From the NCBI GenBank assembly GCA_963742735.1, contig CAVUMN010000004.1, forward strand, positions 512,001 to 576,000: a stretch of 64,000 nucleotides of DNA, given 5' to 3'. The stretch comes from an uncultured Actinomycetes bacterium. Its GTDB lineage: Bacteria > Actinomycetota > UBA4738 > JBBDTT01. The translations under genes were made by a program, and so were the position numbers. Below the pieces are notes generated by a model. It was not told the origin of the DNA. It saw nothing but the letters and a program-made list of their open reading frames with translations, and searched no databases. Of this stretch, positions 57,379 through 64,000 are shown piece by piece; within the stretch, counting starts at the first letter, position 1; every line of letters begins with the position of its first letter.

Positions 57379-58728
57379 TCAACCCGCGGCGGCCAGGGCG
57401 TGGAGCGGCCACTCGTCGGGGACGCCCTTCAGCGTGTGGGTCCCGCGGTCCTCGAAGGCGAGGCCGGAACCGGCCACGAGCCCCTTCACCATCGAGCTGA
57501 CCAGGATCTCCCCGGGCTGGGCGAGCCCCATCACCCGGGCGGCGATGTGGATCGCCATCCCGCCGACGTCCTCGCCGCGCAGCTCCACCTCGCCGGAGTG
57601 GAGGCCACTCCTGATGCGCAGCCCGGCGACGTTGAGCTGGTCCCCCAGGCTCGCGGCCGCGCGCACCGCCCGGGCGGGGCCGTCGAACGTGGCGAGGATG
57701 CCGTCGCCGGTCGACTTCACCAGCCGGCCGCCGAACTGCGTCACGGCGCGGCCGGCCATCTCGTCGTGGCGGTCGAGCAGCTCGCGCCAGCGACGGTCGC
57801 CCAGCTCCGCCGCCTGCTCGGTCGAGCCGACGATGTCGGTGAACAGCACGGTCGCCAGGACGCGATCGGGCTCGACCGGCCCGAGGCGGCCGGTGACGTG
57901 CTCCTCGATGGCCTCCAGGTACGCGGTCTGCTGACCGAGCCAGCCGAGCCCGCTCATGCCTTCGAGGGGAAGCAGCTTCGCGCCCGCGATGTGCTCGACC
58001 AGGTAGGAGGCGTGCTGTGGCGGGACCATAGGATCGCCGGGCACGTAGACCACCAGCGTCGGTGCCTGGATCAGTCCAAGCGCGTCGCGCGCGTCGATGC
58101 CGAGCACCACCGGATAGAGCTCCGTCGCCTGCCGAGGGGTCATGGCGGCGCGTTGGAGGCGCGCGAACCACTTGCGGAAGCCCGGGTCGGCCGAGCGATC
58201 CGCCGCGAAGAACTCGGTCATCATTCCGGCCTCGCGCCCCCAGTGCTCACCGATCCCCGCCGTGAACGCGTCCATCGCCTCCGGCGGCATGCCGTAGGGG
58301 TAGTCCGGAGCATGTGTGATGCGGGCGCAGGCGCAGGTGAGGACGAGCGACGAGACGCGCTGCGGGTGGGTCGCCGCGAACAGCATGGCCATGGCCCCCG
58401 CGTCGTTGGCGGCCATCAGCGACGGTCGCTCCATCCCCGCCGCCGTGATCACTGCGTTCAGGTCGTCCATCCAGTGTTCCCAGGACGGGTCGGTTTCGCC
58501 GCCGGCGAGATGTCCGGATGCCCCCATGCCCCGGCGATCGAAGATCACCACGCGGCTGAACGAGCCCAGGCGGCGAAGGATCCGTTCGAAGTCGGGCTGC
58601 TCCCAGAGGTGGTCGATGTGGCTGACCGCCAAGCCGAGGGAAACGACGAGGTCGGGACCCTCCCCGAAGACCTGATAGGCGACCTCGGAATCGCCCACGC
58701 TCGCGTACTGCGTTTCGGGGATATCCAT
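57379..58728 (-). CDS. Alpha/beta-hydrolase + class III adenylate/guanylate cyclase fusion (LipJ-like)
   Basis: FDRRGMGAS hydrolase part. LFTDIVGST, KSTGDG, GLHSGEV, HIAARV, LKGVP. Confidence 0.92.
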   Translation of the reverse strand: MDIPETQYASVGDSEVAYQVFGEGPDLVVSLGLAVSHIDHLWEQPDFERILRRLGSFSRVVIFDRRGMGASGHLAGGETDPSWEHWMDDLNAVITAAGMERPSLMAANDAGAMAMLFAATHPQRVSSLVLTCACARITHAPDYPYGMPPEAMDAFTAGIGEHWGREAGMMTEFFAADRSADPGFRKWFARLQRAAMTPRQATELYPVVLGIDARDALGLIQAPTLVVYVPGDPMVPPQHASYLVEHIAGAKLLPLEGMSGLGWLGQQTAYLEAIEEHVTGRLGPVEPDRVLATVLFTDIVGSTEQAAELGDRRWRELLDRHDEMAGRAVTQFGGRLVKSTGDGILATFDGPARAVRAAASLGDQLNVAGLRIRSGLHSGEVELRGEDVGGMAIHIAARVMGLAQPGEILVSSMVKGLVAGSGLAFEDRGTHTLKGVPDEWPLHALAAAG

Positions 58729-58768
58729 CAGTTGGAGCGTAGTCCCGCCAAGGGACTGGGGTCGCCGC

Positions 58769-59428
58769 CTAGTCGGGAGGCCGGACCAGGCTCGCCTTGC
58801 GGAGCAGGTTCCACGCGACGACCAGCGCCACCACCGCCGCGCCGACCCAGAGCTGGCGCGTGTGAACGGGGGATGCGGCGGTCTCCATGTGCGGAGAGCG
58901 GGCCGCGGCCAGCCCCCAGAGTCCCAGCGCGGCGGCGGCCAGCGACGCGACGACGAACGCGGTCGGGGTGCGTCGTCCCGAGAGCCCCTGGAATGCGCCG
59001 GGCCCGGAGAGTCGCACCGCCAGGACGACGATGGCGATCTCGAACGCGACGGTCACGCCGTCGACGAACCCGGCCGGCTCGGCCATCCACGGCTCGGGCC
59101 CGACGGGCACGCCCGTCGTTCGGGTCACGAACCACAACAGGACGAAGGCGGCGTTGGCCACAGCCCCGACGATCAGGAAGCGCCGGGTGATCGAGCGCAT
59201 CGCCCCGATCGCCCATCCGATCTGGAACGCGGCCGAGACCGCGAAGAACACGCCGAACAGCCAGTGCTCGCGGGCGTGCTCGGGCATCGCCGCACCGTGG
59301 ATGCCGCCCGCCGCCGCCGAGAGGCCGCCAAGAACCAGGCCCGCGAAGACGCCGAGGTCCATCCCGACGGTGCGCGGGACCGCGCGCGCGGAGGAGTGTG
59401 CGGTGAGGGTCTTCGTCGATGTCGCCAA
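58769..59428 (-). CDS. His-containing membrane protein
   Basis: AGGIH..AMPEHAREHW, multiple TM. TTG 59428 with RBS is preferred because ATG 59458 overlaps the predicted -10. Confidence 0.7.
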   Translation of the reverse strand: MATSTKTLTAHSSARAVPRTVGMDLGVFAGLVLGGLSAAAGGIHGAAMPEHAREHWLFGVFFAVSAAFQIGWAIGAMRSITRRFLIVGAVANAAFVLLWFVTRTTGVPVGPEPWMAEPAGFVDGVTVAFEIAIVVLAVRLSGPGAFQGLSGRRTPTAFVVASLAAAALGLWGLAAARSPHMETAASPVHTRQLWVGAAVVALVVAWNLLRKASLVRPPD

Positions 59429-59457
59429 GGGTTCCTCGCCAAGAGGGTTCGACGCCA

Positions 59458-59551
59458 TTCGCGCCGCACCTTTCTCCGGATGATCTTCCCCCGGAGGGAC
59501 GGCGGGACTAACGTTGCGTCAAGGGTCATCCGCCGATCGCCGGGGTGCGAA
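59458..59551. promoter_or_regulatory. Divergent pair of ECF promoters TCATCC-N16-CGAA (SigK-like)
   Basis: Minus strand 59483-59458, plus strand 59526-59551. Identical boxes and spacer length. Confidence 0.6.
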
Positions 59552-59585
59552 CGGCGGGATGAGAGTTCCGGCGGAAGGGGGAAAC

Positions 59586-60011
59586 GTGCAGACAACGAGC
59601 ATCCAGAAGGCCGCGCGCCTGTTCGGCGTGGTCTTCCTCCTGGTCGGCGTGACGGGGCTGATCCCGTGGGAGGACGGCTACTACGACAAGCTGTTCGACT
59701 TCTCCGGTGAGGGCGCCAATCAGCTCGGCTTCCTCGGGGTCAACATCCTCGAGGTGGCCGTCCACTTCCTGTACGGGTTCGCGGGGTTCATGCTCGCGAA
59801 GTCCTTCTCCGGCGCCCGCACCTACTTCCTTGGTGGCGGCGCGATCTACCTGGTGGTGTGGCTGTACGGCCTGCTGATCGACACGACCAGCAGCGCCAAC
59901 CTGATCGGCGTCAACGACGCCGCAAACTGGGTGCACTTCACCCTGGCCGTCGTGATGATCGGCGTCGGCCTGACCCTGGGAAGGGCAGCCGAACCGGCAA
60001 CACCCGCGTAG
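59586..60011 (+). CDS. DUF4383 membrane protein
   Basis: FGVVFLLVG..G, LGVN....VH, YLVVWLYG, N.AANWVHF. Confidence 0.82.
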   Translation: MQTTSIQKAARLFGVVFLLVGVTGLIPWEDGYYDKLFDFSGEGANQLGFLGVNILEVAVHFLYGFAGFMLAKSFSGARTYFLGGGAIYLVVWLYGLLIDTTSSANLIGVNDAANWVHFTLAVVMIGVGLTLGRAAEPATPA

Positions 60012-60026
60012 GCTTCAAGAGGACTG

Positions 60027-60070
60027 GCGATCCGGCCCCGAACCATCCGGTCCGGGGTCGCTTCGCGTTT
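60027..60070 (+). terminator. Probable intrinsic terminator hairpin
   Basis: CGGCCCCGAACC-ATCC-GGTCCGGGGTCG stem followed by a short T tract. Confidence 0.45.
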
Positions 60071-60082
60071 CGGGAGGCTGGC

Positions 60083-60616
60083 GTGGACCATCCGGTTCGG
60101 TACACGTTCGAGACGTTCTGGCGCGTGCGCGAGAATCCCGGCGCGGTTTGGGACGTGCTCTACGACGTGCCGTCCTATCCCCACTGGTGGCCGCAGGTCC
60201 GCGAGGTGGGGGAGCTCTCGGGCGAGACGGAGAGCTACGACGTGCTCGTTCGGTCGGCGCTGCCGTACAACCTCCAGTTCAGGCTCAGCCAGAACGTGGC
60301 CGATCGTTCGACGGGGATCCTCGAGGCGGGGCTCGACGGCGATCTGGCCGGATTCTCTCGATGGACGATCCGCCCGGCGCGCGCCGGGGCGATCCTTCGG
60401 TTCGAGGAGGAGGTCGTCACCACCAAGCCCCTGTTCAACGTCGTGGCCCCCGTGGCCCGGCCGCTGTTCGTGGCCAATCACTGGTGGATGATGCGGTCCG
60501 GCGAGATCGGCCTGCAGACCTTCATGTCCGGCTACCGCTTCGGCCAGCAGGGGCCGCTGGGCAAGCACCAGCAGGTCGCGCGGGCTCGGGCGAAGCGGGC
60601 TCAGCGGGCTCGCTGA
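60083..60616 (+). CDS. SRPBCC/polyketide cyclase-like protein
   Basis: VWDVL.D...YP.WWP, LDGDL.G..RW, NH.WMM..GE.GL. Confidence 0.8.
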   Translation: MDHPVRYTFETFWRVRENPGAVWDVLYDVPSYPHWWPQVREVGELSGETESYDVLVRSALPYNLQFRLSQNVADRSTGILEAGLDGDLAGFSRWTIRPARAGAILRFEEEVVTTKPLFNVVAPVARPLFVANHWWMMRSGEIGLQTFMSGYRFGQQGPLGKHQQVARARAKRAQRAR

Positions 60617-61023
60617 GCCCTTCGCTCCAGCACCCACCCCACGACCGCTCCGTATGCCGCGTGGTCCGCGTACTGCGGCCATTGCGGCAGTGCGGCGATC
60701 TGGGGGAACCGCCTCCGCGCGACGATTCCCAGGTCCAGGGCGCCGATGCCCAGGCCCGCAACCGCGCCCCACAGCACCGCCCGCCGGCGGGGGAGCATGA
60801 ACGACAGCGCCACGCCCCACCCCAACGACACGACCCCGTGGACGAACGGGGACGCGAGCACCTGCGCCGTCCCCGAGGCGTTCGGCAGGGCGATACTCCC
60901 CGCCGCACGGACCGTGTCGAAGACGTTGCGGCGAGTGACCAGCGCGTGCACCGTCGAGGGGATCCCCGACCACACCGCGGCCACCGTCCCGGCGGCGAGT
61001 CCGTCGCGGATCCGTGGATTCAT
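60601..61023 (-). CDS. Hypothetical membrane protein
   Basis: MNPRIRDGLAAG..., ADHAAYG. ATGA-coupled to the upstream gene. Confidence 0.7.
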   Translation of the reverse strand: MNPRIRDGLAAGTVAAVWSGIPSTVHALVTRRNVFDTVRAAGSIALPNASGTAQVLASPFVHGVVSLGWGVALSFMLPRRRAVLWGAVAGLGIGALDLGIVARRRFPQIAALPQWPQYADHAAYGAVVGWVLERRAQRAR

Positions 61024-61421
61024 TCCGGGTCGAGGTCCACGCGGACCGTCACCAGATCCGTTCCGACCCGGCGCACCATCCACGAGTTGATGCCCTTCAG
61101 CCCGACGGCCTTCTGGCGCGCGAGCGGATCGTCGTCCCACAGCACGTGTGCCGTGCCCGTGCGCCAGCGGCGGTGGGTCCGGATCCGGACCCGCGGGTTG
61201 GCCTCGATGTTGCGGATGTAGCCGGCCTTCCGGCCGTGCTCGGCGATGATCCAGAACGTGTCGCCCCGCAGTCCGTCGGTCACCGGGTTCTGCCGGGGCT
61301 CCCCGCTCTTTCGGCCGATCGTCTCCAGGAGCGCCACCCCGAACGCCCGCCCGGCGAACGGCTTCGCGATCGGGTTCACGATGTGCTTCTGGAATCCCCG
61401 GATGAACGCGCCCTTGGCCAT
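61020..61421 (-). CDS. Deazaflavin (F420)-dependent oxidoreductase, Ddn/DUF385 family
   Basis: LLETIGRKSGEPRQNP, YIRNIEANPRVR. Confidence 0.85.
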   Translation of the reverse strand: MAKGAFIRGFQKHIVNPIAKPFAGRAFGVALLETIGRKSGEPRQNPVTDGLRGDTFWIIAEHGRKAGYIRNIEANPRVRIRTHRRWRTGTAHVLWDDDPLARQKAVGLKGINSWMVRRVGTDLVTVRVDLDPE

Positions 61422-61503
61422 TCCCCGAGTCTGCCACGCGTACCGACCTTCGTTCGCGGGAAGCCCTACCCTGTAGGGGTCATTCCCGAGCCGGGAGGGG
61501 CGG

Positions 61504-64000
61504 ATGTTCGACGCGTTCAGGGACCAGCTTCCGGACATCGATCCGGAGGAGACAGACGAGTGGATCGCCGCACTCGACGAGTTGATCGACACCTCGCCGG
61601 CCCGCGCCCGCTTCCTGGTCCGCCGCATCCTGCAGCACGCGTGGTCGCGCCAGATCGGCGTGCCGTCCATGGTCTCCACCCACTACATCAACACCATCGC
61701 CCCCGAGCAGGAGCCGTACTTCCCCGGCGACGAGGAGATGGAGCGGCGCATCCGTCGCCTCATCCGGTGGAACGCGGCGGTCATGGTCTCCCGCGCGAAC
61801 AAGCACCACGAGGGGATCGGCGGCCACATCTCGACCTACGCCTCCAGCGCGTCGCTGTACGAGGTCGGGTTCAACCACTTCTTCCGCGGCAACTCCTTCG
61901 CCCCCGAGGGCGGCGACCAGGTGTTCATCCAGGGCCACGGCGCGCCCGGGATCTACGCTCGCGCATTCCTGGAGGGCCGCCTGAGCGAGCAGCAGCTGGA
62001 GTACTTCCGCCGTGAGGCGTTCGAGGGCCTCGGCCTGCCCTCCTACCCCCACCCCCGCCTGCAGCCCGACTTCTGGGAGTTCCCGACCGTCTCTATGGGC
62101 CTCTCGCCGCTCAACGCCGTCTACCAGGCCCGCTTCAACCGCTACCTGCAGCACCGGGGGATCAAGGACACCAGCGCGCAGCGGGTGTGGGCGTTCCTCG
62201 GCGACGGCGAGATGGACGAGCCTGAGTCCACGGCGGCGCTGTCGCTCGGCGCGCGCGAGAAGCTCGACAACCTGATCTTCGTCGTGAACTGCAACCTGCA
62301 GCGACTGGACGGCCCGGTCCGCGGCAACGGCAAGGTCATCCAGGAGCTCGAGTCGATCTTCCGAGGCGCCGGGTGGCACGTGATCAAGGTCATCTGGGGC
62401 CGGGAGTGGGACGGACTGCTCGCCAAGGACACCGACGGCGTCCTGGTCAACAAGATGGACACCACCCTCGACGGCGAGTTCCAGAAGTACGTGGTCGAAG
62501 ACGGCGCCTACATCCGGGAGCACTTCTTCGGACCGGACCCCCGGCTGCGGGAGCTCGTCGGCGATCTCACCGACCAGCAGATCTGGGCGCTGCGCCGCGG
62601 CGGCCACGACTACCGCAAGATCTACGCGGCCTACGCCACGGCGATCGAGCTCAAGGACGCGCCGGTGGCGATCCTCGCGAAGACGGTCAAGGGGTGGGGC
62701 CTCGAGTCGATGGCCGGGCGCAACGTCACCCACCAGACCAAGAAGCTCTCCGAGGAAGAGCTCAAGAAGTTCCGCGACTCCCTGGAGCTGCCGATCAAGG
62801 ACGAGGAGATCAGCGAGGGCGTCGCCCCCTACTACCACCCGGGGAAGGACTCGAAGGAGGTCCAGTACATGCTGGCCCGCCGGCACGCCCTGGGCGGGTT
62901 CGTCCCCGAGCGGAACTTCAACTGGCGGGGCGTCGACCTCCCCAAGCCCGACGTCTTCGACCAGTTCGCCGCCGGTTCGAAGCAGGCGGTGTCCACGACG
63001 ATGGCGTTCGTCCGCCTGCTGCGCGACCTGCTTCGCGACGAGAAGCTCGGCAAGCGGATCGTGCCGATCATCCCCGACGAGGGCCGGACCTTCGGCATGG
63101 AGTCGCTGTTCCCGCAGTTCAAGATCTACTCGTCGCTCGGCCAGCTCTACGAGCCGGTCGACGCCGCGCACCTCCTGGCGTACGTAGAGGCGAAGGACGG
63201 GCAGATCCTCGAGGAAGGGATCACCGAGGCCGGCTCCATGGCGAGCTTCACCGCCGCCGGGACCTCCTACGCCACGCACGGCGAGGCGATGATCCCGTTC
63301 TTCATCTTCTACTCGATGTTCGGGTTCCAGCGGATCGCCGACGAGATCTGGTCGTTCGCCGACCAGCGCGGCCGGGGCTTCCTGCTGGGGGCCACCCACG
63401 GCCGGACCACTCTGAACGGCGAGGGCCTCCAGCACGAGGACGGCCACTCGCTGCTGATCGCGTCCACGAACCCCGCGGTGCTGGCCTACGACCCGGCGTT
63501 CGCGTTCGAGGTGGCGACGATCGTCCGCGACGGCATCCGCCGCATGTACGTCGAGGGCGAGGACCTCTTCTACTACGTCACCCTGTACAACGAGAACTAC
63601 CCGCAGCCCGAGATGCCCAAGGGCGTCGAGGAGGACCTGCTGAAGGGGCTGTACCGCTTCAAGCAGGGGCCGAACGGCAAGAAGATGCACCGCGCCCAGA
63701 TCCTGGGGAGCGGGACGATGCTGCCCCAGGCCCTCGCCGCGCAGGACCTGCTGGCCGAGCACCACGACGTCTCGGCCGACGTGTGGAGCGCGACCTCGTT
63801 CCAGCTGCTGCGGACCGACGCGCTCGAGGTCGAGCGGTGGAACCGCCTGCACCCGGGCGAGCCGGCCCGTCAGCCGTTCGTCACCAAGCTGCTCGAGACC
63901 GCCGAGGGCCCGGTCGTCGCGGTCACCGACTCCATGCGCTCGGTCCCGGACCAGGTGTCGCGGTGGGTCCCCGGGCCGTACGTGTCGCTCGGGACCGACG
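61504..64000 (+). CDS. aceE: Pyruvate dehydrogenase E1, homodimeric type (runs off the right edge)
   Basis: Translated by hand: [58 protein letters not shown]. Confidence 0.97.
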   Translation, partial: MFDAFRDQLPDIDPEETDEWIAALDELIDTSPARARFLVRRILQHAWSRQIGVPSMVSTHYINTIAPEQEPYFPGDEEMERRIRRLIRWNAAVMVSRANKHHEGIGGHISTYASSASLYEVGFNHFFRGNSFAPEGGDQVFIQGHGAPGIYARAFLEGRLSEQQLEYFRREAFEGLGLPSYPHPRLQPDFWEFPTVSMGLSPLNAVYQARFNRYLQHRGIKDTSAQRVWAFLGDGEMDEPESTAALSLGAREKLDNLIFVVNCNLQRLDGPVRGNGKVIQELESIFRGAGWHVIKVIWGREWDGLLAKDTDGVLVNKMDTTLDGEFQKYVVEDGAYIREHFFGPDPRLRELVGDLTDQQIWALRRGGHDYRKIYAAYATAIELKDAPVAILAKTVKGWGLESMAGRNVTHQTKKLSEEELKKFRDSLELPIKDEEISEGVAPYYHPGKDSKEVQYMLARRHALGGFVPERNFNWRGVDLPKPDVFDQFAAGSKQAVSTTMAFVRLLRDLLRDEKLGKRIVPIIPDEGRTFGMESLFPQFKIYSSLGQLYEPVDAAHLLAYVEAKDGQILEEGITEAGSMASFTAAGTSYATHGEAMIPFFIFYSMFGFQRIADEIWSFADQRGRGFLLGATHGRTTLNGEGLQHEDGHSLLIASTNPAVLAYDPAFAFEVATIVRDGIRRMYVEGEDLFYYVTLYNENYPQPEMPKGVEEDLLKGLYRFKQGPNGKKMHRAQILGSGTMLPQALAAQDLLAEHHDVSADVWSATSFQLLRTDALEVERWNRLHPGEPARQPFVTKLLETAEGPVVAVTDSMRSVPDQVSRWVPGPYVSLGTD

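Noticed and set aside
606-63852. Many long Arg/Gly/Pro-rich ORFs in the track (e.g. 606-2939, 33680-37072, 61480-63852) and long N-terminal extensions
   Set aside because: These are shadow or antisense frames of real genes, expected in high-GC DNA with few stop codons.

Overview
High-GC actinobacterial chromosome segment with many apparently leaderless genes, about 64 CDS, and no rRNA, tRNA, CRISPR or IS element recognised. The left part is the actinobacterial PBP/ArsA-pair/WhiB/RidA...NUDIX/MBL/Crp neighbourhood, interrupted by about 18 kb. That insert holds an ABC exporter, a selA-[NodU/TobZ-type carbamoyltransferase + two uncharacterised genes]-selB cluster, an acyl-CoA dehydrogenase, an orphan nuoD and a MidA-type methyltransferase. 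The middle has USP, cNMP-binding, DehI-like and fumC genes, an adnAB helicase-nuclease pair, an OmpR-type two-component system beside two Asp/Gly/Ser-rich secreted proteins, a SpoIIE/STAS module and a VapBC-type TA pair. The best candidate for a new system is at 51.1-54.8 kb. It has two paralogous membrane histidine kinases with no response regulator beside them. Between them lies an unannotated 30-aa signal-peptide-like ORF (MSIKTKFVRVATLIGSLLTLVLASGAAHKH) with its own promoter and a hairpin-occluded Shine-Dalgarno. A DUF5317-like membrane protein follows, with a motif layout recalling an LspA-type aspartic protease. Together these suggest a putative peptide-pheromone/quorum-sensing system. 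The window ends in a partial aceE. All family calls come from motif recognition by eye, not from database searches.
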